Positions 20,250-30,106 of a DNA stretch of 64,000 nt are shown piece after piece (the stretch's first letter is position 1; each line of letters begins with the position of its first letter). Made by a program: the position numbers and the translations under genes. This DNA is from Obrimoposthia wandeli (Eukaryota): the NCBI GenBank assembly GCA_977020255.1, contig CDROCS010000253.1, positions 3,472,001 through 3,536,000 on the forward strand, in the 5' to 3' direction. The notes beneath the pieces are model-generated. The model was not told the origin of the DNA, did no database searches, and saw only the letters and a program-made list of their open reading frames with translations.

Positions 20250-20642
20250 CTAATTTTCACTACTCGTTAAAGTTTTTAATGCTTTAGTCATGGTTTGTTT
20301 ACCTTCTTCTGTCACTATCATGTTATTAAGCATTCTTTGCTTAAATAAACACTGCTGTGTTAATGCTGAGTTAGATTCAGTATTTTCTTTTTTATCGGCA
20401 GATCGATATGGGGAATTTTTAACTAACTGCATTACGTCTGGAAAACGCTGTTTAAATAACGTAAGCGTTTCATTAAATGCCACTGATTTTTCTTTAGGAC
20501 ACAATGCTAAGGCACCATCGGTGAGTTGATAAATCCCCTTCACTATTCTACTTTTTTGTTGTTCCTGTTCAGATAAATTCGCTGCGGTTACTGTGTGAGA
20601 TAATAAGACCAACATGAGGGTTAAATAATTTTTCATTGTCAT
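20250..20642 (-). CDS. Exported protein, unknown function
   Basis: 130 aa, signal peptide, two Cys. Confidence 0.75.
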   Translation of the reverse strand: MTMKNYLTLMLVLLSHTVTAANLSEQEQQKSRIVKGIYQLTDGALALCPKEKSVAFNETLTLFKQRFPDVMQLVKNSPYRSADKKENTESNSALTQQCLFKQRMLNNMIVTEEGKQTMTKALKTLTSSEN

Positions 20643-20773
20643 ATTCCGAAGTATTTTTTACAGATGAAATAAAAAATCAGTTTGCCTCATAAATAAGAAG
20701 CAAACTGATTTTTGTGATATTTTCTTTAGGTATTCCGTTATCAGTTACGTTATAGATAACGTTTAAAGTAAGT

Positions 20774-23644
20774 CTATTGGCAATAAATAACTTTTAAGCG
20801 CTCAATTAACGGTAAGTCACTTTCAACAAGTACTCCTAACATCAACCAATCAATCAATAATTTAGTTAAATCAATCTCAGTACCTGAAAGCATTTGTTCT
20901 TGCATTAATTGAACTTGAACTTTCATACGCTGTTCAGCTAAGTCCGCCGGCGAATCACTTTTGCCAAGTATTTCAATTTCTAAGGTTTTATCAAAGCGAG
21001 CACCACTTTGAGCTTGTTTGGTTAACTTAACATGCTCTTGGAAGCGTTTTTGCCAAAAACTAGTCATATCATTGAAAACAGCTGATGTTTGTAATGCTGC
21101 CAACGCTTGGTTATTTTGAGCGTGTAAGGACATTAATTCAAACAAGTTTAACCACGTTTGTTGTTCTTTAGCTTGGATATTGCTGGTAATGAGTTGTTCA
21201 ATTTTTTTAATGATTTTTTCAAGACGAACAGCCACAGACTTAATAACAGGTCTACTCGCAATAACGTCTTTAAGTAACGTTTCTGCTTGTTGCGCTACTG
21301 CTTGCAATACTTGCTTATCTTCTTCATTTATTGAAGCGTTAAGAGACGCTTCAATAATGACCACTTTTTCAACAAAGACTTGTTGTTGAGTAGATAACAC
21401 CGCTTGTTGGTCAGACTTAAATTGTTGTCTCTTACCAAATAATTCATCATTAACTTGACGGAATTTTTGCCATAATTGATTTTCTTGATGATTACCGGCA
21501 AAACCTACTTCACGCCATGTTTGTTGTAACTGCTTAGCTGATTCAATTGCCACTAATACATCTTCACTGGCAAGTAACTCTTCAGCTTTAGCGATTAACG
21601 CTTGTTTGGCGGTGGTATTACTTACATGGAAAACGCTAATGGCACTTTTAATGGGGGCAATGGCATTTTTAAATTTAAGCTGCAATTTTTTATATTGGTT
21701 ACGATCCACTTCACCAGCATTAGTCCATTGCTGTTGTAAGTTATTAAGTTGACCATCAAGTTTTTTAAAATCTAACGTCTGTGTCTCTTGTGAATCATTA
21801 AGCTGTGTAACAAACTGCTCTGCTTTTGCTAATATTTTTTGACGTTGCTCTAAATGCTGTAAACGCATTTTGTCTTGCTCAGCGTAAAATAAACGACATG
21901 GGGCAAACGCTTGCTCACAAAGTTGATTAAACTGCTCATTTAATTGTTTATCGACATCTTCATCAGCATGACCTAACGAATTCCATGTACCACGATATGC
22001 TTTAACTTTGGCAGCTTGCTCATTGGGATTATCCAATGGCGTTTCAACCAATGTTTGCATCGCTAGCAATAACTCTTGCTTACGTGGTGTGGCGATATAG
22101 TGTTCCCAATCGCTAAGCTCGACCATTTTTTCGCTTACTTGGTCAAAGTCACGTTGCAATTGTTGTTGTTGCTGCACAGACACTTGGTGAATACTTTCTT
22201 TCACGCCCTTAAACAAACCAAAACAAACTTTATATTTACCATTATTGAGTAAGCGTTTTATGTCTTGTAGTTTTTTCTTATGTTGAAAAAATAATTCTTT
22301 TTGCTGACTTTGTAATGATTTTAAACCACCCTGCCAAGCCGTTACGATTTCTTTTTGAGCTTGTACAATCGATTCTGGTAAAATACCGGCCGTTTTCTTC
22401 TCAATTACGCGCCAAGCTTTCAACCAATCATTATACGTTTCTTGACGGTCATTCAACTCATCTAATGACTCAGGTAAAGTCAGTTGTGATATTTTAGAAA
22501 TTAAATGGGTAGCCTGGCTAACCGATTCAGCAATTTCAGGTACTTCATTTAAACGCTTAGTTAGCTGGCCAACTTCAGTAATAAAAACCTGTTGTTCCTC
22601 TTTATTAAGTACAGAGACTTTAATGTCTGTTGTTAACTGACTAAGCAAATATTTAAAAGGTTCTTCATCAAATAGATCACTTGAAAAAACCGCTGTCGTT
22701 ATCGATTGGCTAATGTGATTAAGTTGTTGAGTAAACGCTTTTTTGTTTTGTTGTTTATCAACAGCTAACTTATCACTAATAATCTGCTGCTGATAATTTT
22801 CGGCTTTGGCAACGAATAGTTTTTCTAATTGACTCGTGATACTTTCATATTTATCACTAAAAACTAAGCGCTCTTCTTCAGTAAAAACCTCAAAATCGAC
22901 TGCTAGCGTTTGCCATTCATTAATTAGTAGTGACTGACGTTTTTGATAAACACCATAATCACCAACATCTTTTAGCGCTTGGAGCTTTGATAAAGTCAGT
23001 TGTATTTTTTTGGCTAATTTTAGTGGTTTCTCAACCGCGGCTTGCATAGCGTTGAGTTTATCTTGAATTTGTTGAACTAACGCGTCATTACATGCTTTCT
23101 TACTCAGCTTTTCTAAAACCTTAGCATCATCAACTTGGTTAATTATGTACGATTGAAAATCAGGGTGTTGTTTTTGGCTAAAACTATGCGTTAATAAATG
23201 CGTTGTTGTTTTACGCGCACTAATTTGTTGATAAAGCGCAATCATAATAGCGCTATCTTGTTCATGGGCAAGCCAAGCTTCTAATAAAGCTGTTCCCAAT
23301 AGCGGTGTTGTTATTTGTTGAGCTAATAGTGTGTGTTTCTGCTGTGCACTGATCACTACATTGTGATCAGTCGCTAAAATATCATGCACTTGTTTGGCGG
23401 CAAATTGTTTTACTTTTGCTTGGTTATTATCGTGGCTTGCTTCAAAGTAGCAATCAAAAGATCCCACTTTAATTAAGGCAGCACGGCGAACTAAGTCACT
23501 GATATCTTGCTTGATAAGATCAGTTAATATGAGCAACTGTTCCTTGTTATCAGCTGATAATTCATTATTAATAGCGGTAATACGTACCGTTGCGTCTTTA
23601 TGTTGCCACTTAGCTTTTGTTTTAAATAGTTTGGAGAAGATCAT
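20774..23644 (-). CDS. DUF349-domain helical repeat protein
   Basis: 956 aa; repeated W...G.......LW.KF...CD/ND helical units; N-terminal KWQHKDATVR. Confidence 0.8.
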   Translation of the reverse strand: MIFSKLFKTKAKWQHKDATVRITAINNELSADNKEQLLILTDLIKQDISDLVRRAALIKVGSFDCYFEASHDNNQAKVKQFAAKQVHDILATDHNVVISAQQKHTLLAQQITTPLLGTALLEAWLAHEQDSAIMIALYQQISARKTTTHLLTHSFSQKQHPDFQSYIINQVDDAKVLEKLSKKACNDALVQQIQDKLNAMQAAVEKPLKLAKKIQLTLSKLQALKDVGDYGVYQKRQSLLINEWQTLAVDFEVFTEEERLVFSDKYESITSQLEKLFVAKAENYQQQIISDKLAVDKQQNKKAFTQQLNHISQSITTAVFSSDLFDEEPFKYLLSQLTTDIKVSVLNKEEQQVFITEVGQLTKRLNEVPEIAESVSQATHLISKISQLTLPESLDELNDRQETYNDWLKAWRVIEKKTAGILPESIVQAQKEIVTAWQGGLKSLQSQQKELFFQHKKKLQDIKRLLNNGKYKVCFGLFKGVKESIHQVSVQQQQQLQRDFDQVSEKMVELSDWEHYIATPRKQELLLAMQTLVETPLDNPNEQAAKVKAYRGTWNSLGHADEDVDKQLNEQFNQLCEQAFAPCRLFYAEQDKMRLQHLEQRQKILAKAEQFVTQLNDSQETQTLDFKKLDGQLNNLQQQWTNAGEVDRNQYKKLQLKFKNAIAPIKSAISVFHVSNTTAKQALIAKAEELLASEDVLVAIESAKQLQQTWREVGFAGNHQENQLWQKFRQVNDELFGKRQQFKSDQQAVLSTQQQVFVEKVVIIEASLNASINEEDKQVLQAVAQQAETLLKDVIASRPVIKSVAVRLEKIIKKIEQLITSNIQAKEQQTWLNLFELMSLHAQNNQALAALQTSAVFNDMTSFWQKRFQEHVKLTKQAQSGARFDKTLEIEILGKSDSPADLAEQRMKVQVQLMQEQMLSGTEIDLTKLLIDWLMLGVLVESDLPLIERLKVIYCQ

Positions 23645-23698
23645 AGTTTTTTTTAATTCATTCAGTTGGAGAATAACGAAAGTGATTTAAGGTCTGAC

Positions 23699-24022
23699 TT
23701 AAAGCTCATTGTTACTGAAATAAGCGATATCCGCTTGTGTTGGTTTACTGCAGCTTTTCACTTCTTCTGCAGGCTTATAGCTTGAGAATTCGGCTTTTAA
23801 CTGACGTTTGTTTTTTTCAACCACGTGACCATCAGGGCCAATAGTCAACATCTCATCATTTTTTAGATGCCTAGCTTGATAAGCCATACTTAATTGTAAA
23901 GCAGTGGCACGTTGCGCTTTGTCAACAACAGTACCTTCAGGCCATTTTCCTGTTTCCGCAGCACATTTTAGGCGTAAATACATGTCGTTTGACATGGCGT
24001 CTATGGTTTTAATTAAATCCAT
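23699..24022 (-). CDS. yeaC: YeaC/DUF1315 family protein
   Basis: MYLRLKCAAETGKWPEG...QR...LQ..MAYQ. Confidence 0.8.
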   Translation of the reverse strand: MDLIKTIDAMSNDMYLRLKCAAETGKWPEGTVVDKAQRATALQLSMAYQARHLKNDEMLTIGPDGHVVEKNKRQLKAEFSSYKPAEEVKSCSKPTQADIAYFSNNEL

Positions 24023-24188
24023 TAGTATTCCGAGGTATAAGTAGTATGAAAATTAGTTACATACCCGTTACCATTCAAGATGTATGTTTCGCGTGCTTGA
24101 GCGATTTCAATTCAAGCCGCTATGATGAAATGATGGTAATGGGTATAAGCATTTATTCGTTGAATCTAAATTTTGTATCAGAAAAAGG

Positions 24189-24518
24189 CTACCTTGCTTT
24201 ACGCTTAGTAAAGAGCAACATGGCGCGAATTATTATATACATGACAAATCCGATAATGGCACTGACCATCGCTAAGTTATGCTGCCAACTGCCCGGCTCA
24301 ACACCGTCCCAAAACATAAATAGAAAGCCACCACAAAATAATAACATGGCGATAAAAGAGTAGTTCATGAGACGTTGGGTTTTATTGATTAAATTAACGC
24401 GGTTTAGACTGGCAAGTTTATCAGAGTCGACCTCAGACAAATCAAGGTTACAGTGATTACAAGTTTTTGCTTTATCGGAGATTTTTTTATTACAACCTGG
24501 ACAATTAATAACGGCCAT
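24189..24518 (-). CDS. Zinc-ribbon membrane protein
   Basis: MAVINCPGCNKKISDKAKTCNHC plus two C-terminal TMs. Confidence 0.8.
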   Translation of the reverse strand: MAVINCPGCNKKISDKAKTCNHCNLDLSEVDSDKLASLNRVNLINKTQRLMNYSFIAMLLFCGGFLFMFWDGVEPGSWQHNLAMVSAIIGFVMYIIIRAMLLFTKRKAR

Positions 24519-24692
24519 TTAGTTACTCATGTAATGATATATAAAACGTTTAAGTACGTAATTTACCTTTGCCTGTATAACGGTAGAAGTAAAGTTACCT
24601 ACTTTAATGTCGCTTAGTATACCTGACCTATTTTGCTATTTCACTAATCTAGCCAGTGGAAATAGCTAAGAATGAGTGAACGAGTAGCTAAG

Positions 24693-24722
24693 ATTTACCT
24701 AATAGTTAACTATTAGGTAAAT
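24693..24722. repeat. Perfect 30-bp palindrome
   Basis: ATTTACCTAATAGTT|AACTATTAGGTAAAT. Confidence 0.9.
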
Positions 24723-24934
24723 TGTGAGTTAGTTATGTGTTCACTCTGCACTTTGAAAGAAAACGATTGGAAGGAGTGGCTTTTCATGATCACATTATCC
24801 AAAATAAACATTCTTAACGCTGCTAACATCAGTTCGCCTGATGTTAGCAAAACAAACATCAGCGATTAAAAGTACGTCAATTACTGAAGTAGGCTAGTTA
24901 TCAAATTCACTCACGTCCCTAAAAATAAATCCAT

Positions 24935-24964
24935 AAAAAAGCCGTTCATGATGAACGGCTTTTT
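24935..24964 (-). terminator. Terminator after the symporter gene
   Basis: AAAAAAGCCGTTCAT-G-ATGAACGGCTTTTT. Confidence 0.85.
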
Positions 24965-24995
24965 GAGTCAATGGGTTAATTAACCTACATTGTCT

Positions 24996-26513
24996 TTATT
25001 TGCTTTCTTCTTTCTTTATTTCTGGATTTTCTTTAGCAAAACGCTCTTCCCAGAAATCTGCATTTTCTATGCCTAACTTTTTCGGGTCGAAAGTGAATTT
25101 TGTAACACCTGCTTTTTGTTGCGCTTCATAATCTTTTAACGCTTTTATCGCTGGTTTTGCCATAAAGAAGATAATGATAATGCCAATGATATTAAGCCAT
25201 GCCATCAAACCAACACCAATATCACCCATACCCCAAGCTGCACTTGGTTGTGCTACTGTTCCATAAAATACTGCAGACATTATAATTATTTTTAAAACAA
25301 ATCTTAATGCTGGAATTTTAATGGTTCTGTTAATGTAAGAAACATTATTTTCTGCAATAAAGTAATAAGCAAGTACAGTAGTAAAAGCAAAGAAAAATAA
25401 TGCAATGGCGATAAAGGGTTTACCAAAACCAGTCAATACGCTATCTACGGCAATTTGAGTAAAAGCAGGACCACTAATGACAACATCGGCAGCAAGGTTT
25501 TGAACAAGAAAAACACTGCTTCCTTCTGGCATTACATTATAAGACTTAGTAATTAAAATCATAAACGCGGTAGCTGAACATACAAATAAAGTATCGATAT
25601 AAACAGAGAATGCTTGAACTAAACCTTGTTGTGCTGGATGTTCAACTTCTGCAGCGGCAGCTGCATGAGGTCCTGTACCCTGACCCGCTTCATTTGAATA
25701 AACACCACGCTTAACACCCCAACCTATCGCAGCACCAAAACCAGCCATAGGGGTAAAAGCATCAGAAATGATTGACATGAAAATACCAGGCACGATATCA
25801 ATGTGTAAAGCAATAATAACGCAGGCGATAATTATGTAAGCTAAGGCCATAAAAGGCACAACAATTTGAGTGAAGTTAGCGATACGTTTTACACCACCAA
25901 AAATGATAAAGCCTAAAATTAAAACAATAAGCGTTGCTGCATAAACTTTAGTTAATGGTAGGTCACCTAAAAAGGAAGGTACTGTGCCACCGTTACCAAA
26001 AACATTAACCAATGCATCACCAATACCATTAGACTGAACAACTGGTAATAATACACCACAAGCAACTATCGTTGAAATAGCGAATATCCATGCATACCAT
26101 TTTTGTCCCATCGCTTTTTCAATATAATATGCGGGGCCACCACGGTAAACACCGTCTTCTTCTTCTTTATATATTTGCGCATTAGTCGATTCAATATAGG
26201 CCGTTGCAGCGCCAAAAAATGCCACTATCCACATCCAAAAAACCGCACCGGGGCCACCAAAGCCAATTGCAGCAGCTACACCCGCAATATTACCGGTACC
26301 AACACGACCTGACAATGAAACAGCTAATGCTTGAAATGATGAGATTCCCTTATCTGAACTTTTACCCGACAGTAATAAACGAAACATTTCTCTAAAATGA
26401 CGTATTTGTGCGAAGCGAGTTAGTACGGTAAAAAATAATCCTGTACCCAAACACAAGTAAATAAGTGCGGGGCTCCAAATGATACCGTTGATGCTATTGA
26501 TTAGATCTTGCAT
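24996..26513 (-). CDS. Alanine/glycine:cation symporter (AGCS family)
   Basis: SLSGRVGTGNIAGVA, GGPGAVFWMW, RGGPAYY, GVKRGVYSNEAGQG. Confidence 0.95.
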   Translation of the reverse strand: MQDLINSINGIIWSPALIYLCLGTGLFFTVLTRFAQIRHFREMFRLLLSGKSSDKGISSFQALAVSLSGRVGTGNIAGVAAAIGFGGPGAVFWMWIVAFFGAATAYIESTNAQIYKEEEDGVYRGGPAYYIEKAMGQKWYAWIFAISTIVACGVLLPVVQSNGIGDALVNVFGNGGTVPSFLGDLPLTKVYAATLIVLILGFIIFGGVKRIANFTQIVVPFMALAYIIIACVIIALHIDIVPGIFMSIISDAFTPMAGFGAAIGWGVKRGVYSNEAGQGTGPHAAAAAEVEHPAQQGLVQAFSVYIDTLFVCSATAFMILITKSYNVMPEGSSVFLVQNLAADVVISGPAFTQIAVDSVLTGFGKPFIAIALFFFAFTTVLAYYFIAENNVSYINRTIKIPALRFVLKIIIMSAVFYGTVAQPSAAWGMGDIGVGLMAWLNIIGIIIIFFMAKPAIKALKDYEAQQKAGVTKFTFDPKKLGIENADFWEERFAKENPEIKKEESK

Positions 26514-26607
26514 AGTTAATTCCTGTTGATTGTTATTATTATGTTGAAATAATGTTGTAGTTATTGTTTAAGCGATACTTAAGGTAAACACTTTAGTCAT
26601 ATTAAGC

Positions 26608-26638
26608 AAAAGGCGAATTCATTATGAATTCGCCTTTT
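26608..26638 (-). terminator. Terminator after the M14 peptidase gene
   Basis: AAAAGGCGAATTCAT-T-ATGAATTCGCCTTTT. Confidence 0.85.
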
Positions 26639-26656
26639 ATTTAATTGTTTGGTCAC

Positions 26657-27802
26657 TTATTTACGTAAGTCATCTACCATATGGTAAACGCCGGTTAGGA
26701 AGTCTCGACCTAGTATGCTACTGCGCTCATCAGACCAACCTACACTGTAATCAGGTAATAAATCGTTATCTTTAAATGGCATTTCAATAGTATAAGCTAA
26801 ACACTTAAATTGGTTACCAACCCAGTTAGTACCCACAGTAGTATTTGCTTTACCTGGCTCGTCTTTGTCATAACCACGTTCATCTTGAAATTCAGGTGTG
26901 ATAGCGATCATAATTTCTTTAAACTTATCTTCAAGTGCTTTATGACGAGCATCATAAGCAACAACGCCTTCACAACCAGCAACAAAGTTTACTGGTAAAG
27001 CTTCGTCGCCATGAACGTCAAGGAACATATCAACACCGGTTGCTAGCATTTTTTCGCGTACAAGAAATACTTCAGGGCTTCGTTCCATCGTAGGCTCTAA
27101 CCACTCACGATTTAAGTTTGCGCCAACAGCATTAGTACGTAAATGACCACGAGCACTTCCATCTGGGTTCATATTAGGCACAATATAGAATACCGTTTTG
27201 TTTAACAAAGCACGGGCAACGCCATCATCTTCATCAAGTAAACGGTCTAACATGCCTTCAACAAACCATTCGGCCATAGTTTCACCTGGATGTTGGCGAG
27301 CAGTGATCCAAACTTTACGTTTACCTTCGCCTTCTTCACCGATTTTAAGCAACGTCATATCACGGCCATCAAGTGTTTGACCTAACACTTGTAGCTGACA
27401 ATCAAGGTGCATTTGCGCGTTATGAATTAAGTCTTGATGACGTTCATAACTATAAGGTGCAAAATAGGCAAAATATACTGAGTCATATTCAGGCGTTAAA
27501 GTGATAGTCAGTTTTTCACCATCATATTGCGTAGGGACACGAAACCAATGTTCACGATCATAAGAAGCAACTGCTTGGTAATCTTCCCAACCTTCAACAT
27601 AAGCCGCTTTACCAGCATTATTCAAATGCATTACATGCTCTAGACGATCGCCATTTTCGCTGAGGTCCGTTTGCAATTTAAAGTGAAACCATTGATAAAA
27701 ATCAGACTGGTTGTCTTTTTTTATTTCTAGTTGAATATTGCTTGCATCAGATGCATCAATAACCCGGATGTTACCGCTATCAAAATTGTCAGTAATTTGC
27801 AT
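26657..27802 (-). CDS. M14 zinc carboxypeptidase (cytosolic CCP-like)
   Basis: FDSGNI, ARQHPGE, PNMNPDG, NLNREW, FLDVHGDE. Confidence 0.93.
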   Translation of the reverse strand: MQITDNFDSGNIRVIDASDASNIQLEIKKDNQSDFYQWFHFKLQTDLSENGDRLEHVMHLNNAGKAAYVEGWEDYQAVASYDREHWFRVPTQYDGEKLTITLTPEYDSVYFAYFAPYSYERHQDLIHNAQMHLDCQLQVLGQTLDGRDMTLLKIGEEGEGKRKVWITARQHPGETMAEWFVEGMLDRLLDEDDGVARALLNKTVFYIVPNMNPDGSARGHLRTNAVGANLNREWLEPTMERSPEVFLVREKMLATGVDMFLDVHGDEALPVNFVAGCEGVVAYDARHKALEDKFKEIMIAITPEFQDERGYDKDEPGKANTTVGTNWVGNQFKCLAYTIEMPFKDNDLLPDYSVGWSDERSSILGRDFLTGVYHMVDDLRK

Positions 27803-27907
27803 AATAATTATTTCTTAGATTATTTGGTTTAACACCAATGAATAATTGAATAAGACAGTGTACACAAACAATGTGCAAATCACTATACAGATCTAATTAA
27901 ATATTTT

Positions 27908-28417
27908 TTATAATGATCGTAAATATAGCCCTAATTCTGAAGAATATCCCATAGATTTACCAATAATCACATTTTCTTCATTTAAAACGTAATAACTGGG
28001 ATATCCACTGATTTCAAAAGCATGCTTAATGGCTTCGTTACCCAAAGCAATAGGAAAAGTTAACTGATGTTTGCTAGTAAAAGCCATGATTTCTTTCGTA
28101 CCGGTATAGTCCATTGCTATGGCAACGACATCAATATTTTCATTTTTTTGAAATAAGGCTTGTAAATTACCGATACTGGCATGACAAACCTGACACCAAG
28201 GAGCAAAAAAGTACAATATGGTGGTTTTGCCTTGTGCATTTAATGAAACAGTATCGCCCATCAAGGTAGGAACTTTATCTATGTCTAAACCTTGGGTAGC
28301 TGTGACGAGTTCTGTCAACGGCGTATCTGTCGCTAACATACTCGTTTCTCGTAGAAAAGAGAGCAGTTGAAAGGCAACCAAAAAGATAACGGCTTGAATG
28401 GCAAAACTTCGTAGCAA
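27908..28417 (-). CDS. TlpA/redoxin-family thioredoxin-fold protein
   Basis: YFFAPWCQVC, YPSYYV. Confidence 0.88.
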   Translation of the reverse strand: MLRSFAIQAVIFLVAFQLLSFLRETSMLATDTPLTELVTATQGLDIDKVPTLMGDTVSLNAQGKTTILYFFAPWCQVCHASIGNLQALFQKNENIDVVAIAMDYTGTKEIMAFTSKHQLTFPIALGNEAIKHAFEISGYPSYYVLNEENVIIGKSMGYSSELGLYLRSL

Positions 28418-28614
28418 AGGATAATCCAGAAATAAGTAAGTGTGTCTAGCTTAATAGACCTGACTACCCTTAATTATATTTTTTAAAAAATTGCCTTGTT
28501 TTTCTTAGATTTGTTATTCGCTTAATTATTACTCACCATCATTCATCGAGAACCTTACCTTTTACATTACTTAGCTCAAAAGGTTTTTAGATCGAATGTT
28601 GTTGAATGAACTGA

Positions 28615-28860
28615 ATTTAATGAAACCGAATAGCCTTGCCGCTAAGTATATTTTCTTCACCTGCGGCTTCCGCCATCAAACCCTTTTAATTTTGTCATAC
28701 TGGATGAAGTAATGATCACTCCATGAGAGCCTATACTGGCAGCCTCAACCTTTAGGGCTTGTAACGCTCGTTTTTTCTTTGGCTTTTGTTAGTCCTGTAC
28801 CGTGTGATTCAACTAAAGCAATAACCGCAAAAGATAATAACAAATTATATTTTAGATATT
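28615..28860 (-). pseudogene. Degraded gene fragment
   Basis: Hand translation IALVESHGTGLTKAKEK / RALQALKVEAASIGSHGVII with a frameshift and stops; limits approximate. Confidence 0.4.
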
Positions 28861-28878
28861 AGTGAATCCTAATAAATA

Positions 28879-29145
28879 TTATTTTTTTATTTTAAACAAT
28901 TTTCTTATGAAAGTGGAAACAATAAACGAAACACCAAAACCTACGACAAAATAGAGAACAAGCGCTATGGTTTCCAAATTAGAGTTATAAACCTCGCCAC
29001 TTTCAAGTAGACACTTCGCCGTCGGATAGTCAAAAGAACCACCTTGATCTAAACAATCATCAACCATTAGAAAAGTATGCAGTAACCAAATGACAAATAA
29101 ACTGGTGAAAACACCGATGAGTGTTGGTAGAAGAGTTCGATTCAT
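28879..29145 (-). CDS. Small membrane protein, unknown function
   Basis: 88 aa, two TMs flanking DDCLDQGGSFDY...C. Confidence 0.7.
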   Translation of the reverse strand: MNRTLLPTLIGVFTSLFVIWLLHTFLMVDDCLDQGGSFDYPTAKCLLESGEVYNSNLETIALVLYFVVGFGVSFIVSTFIRKLFKIKK

Positions 29146-29299
29146 ATAATAGTAAAGCCTAAGCGAGGATTGTAAAAGTAAATAGAATAACAGATAAAAC
29201 GAAGCGGTACCGCACGTTCTGCCTTTTAAGGCAGGTTAAACATGTGAAAATTACTTTTTTGGCAACGACTCATATAGCCAAACTCCAACTTAATGCGCT

Positions 29300-29746
29300 T
29301 TAGCTATAAACATCGGGTTGATGCAATTCCATAAATGATGCTGGTGAGCTTAATGCTGTAAAGCCAAATTGCTGATAAAGACCATGAGCATCACTGGTAG
29401 CAAGTGCCATACGGCGAATGCCTTGTAATTTTGGATGTTCTATAATCGCTTGCATTAGCCACTTACTGATCCCTTTCCCCCGATGTTCTTCCAATACAAA
29501 AACATCTGCTAAATAGGCAAACGTTGCCGTATCTGTAATCATACGAGCAAAAGCGATTTGACTTCCCGAATCGGTAAAAACACCAAAACATAACGAATTA
29601 TTAATAGCCGTTTCCATGGTATTGATTGGAATATTCTTAGCCCAATAAGATTGAGATAAGTAACCATGAATAACGGACAAGTCCATATCGTTAATTTGTG
29701 AACTAATGTTATAACCTACTACCAATGAAAATTCCTCAAAGTACAC
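29300..29746 (-). CDS. GNAT N-acetyltransferase
   Basis: SYWAKNIP, FARMITD.ATFAYLADVFV, HRGKGISKWL, AHGLYQQFGF. Confidence 0.92.
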   Translation of the reverse strand: MYFEEFSLVVGYNISSQINDMDLSVIHGYLSQSYWAKNIPINTMETAINNSLCFGVFTDSGSQIAFARMITDTATFAYLADVFVLEEHRGKGISKWLMQAIIEHPKLQGIRRMALATSDAHGLYQQFGFTALSSPASFMELHQPDVYS

Positions 29747-29800
29747 ACTTTTACATACAAGTTACCATGCATTAAAAACAAGTTCGATAGTTTACAACTT

Positions 29801-30041
29801 ATACCAAGTTGATTAAGTTCTTTCCCACTCAGCGAGAATTAAAAGGCTTAGAGGCAATACATTGATTGAAGAGAATGGTTATTCAGGAGAATATGCTGCA
29901 TTCTCTAATAAGCTGCATCCATGCAGCGTCCTTGTCAAAATTAATAACGCTGTATATAAGCCTTTTAAACTCGCCTTGGGAGCTTGTTCTTGAACATCTA
30001 ACATAGCTCTGATTTGGGAAGAAATTTAATCAAATTGGTAT
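29801..30041. mobile_element. 241-bp MITE-like element
   Basis: Imperfect ~33-bp TIR ATACCAAGTTGATTAAGTTCTTTCCCACTCAG / CTGATTTGGGAAGAAATTTAATCAAATTGGTAT; internal ~85 bp homologous to 9780-9866 (reverse complement). Confidence 0.7.
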
Positions 30042-30106
30042 TAGACTACGGAAACAAAAAAGCACCGAGTAATTACAATTACCCAGTGCTTTTGAATACC
30101 GCTTAG

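Noticed and set aside
24046-24363. 105-aa + strand ORF
   Set aside because: Antisense shadow of the zinc-ribbon membrane gene; no motif
26514-26656. Glycine riboswitch upstream of the AGCS symporter
   Set aside because: The 5' region is short, very AT-rich and lacks the GGAGA...CCGAAG aptamer motifs
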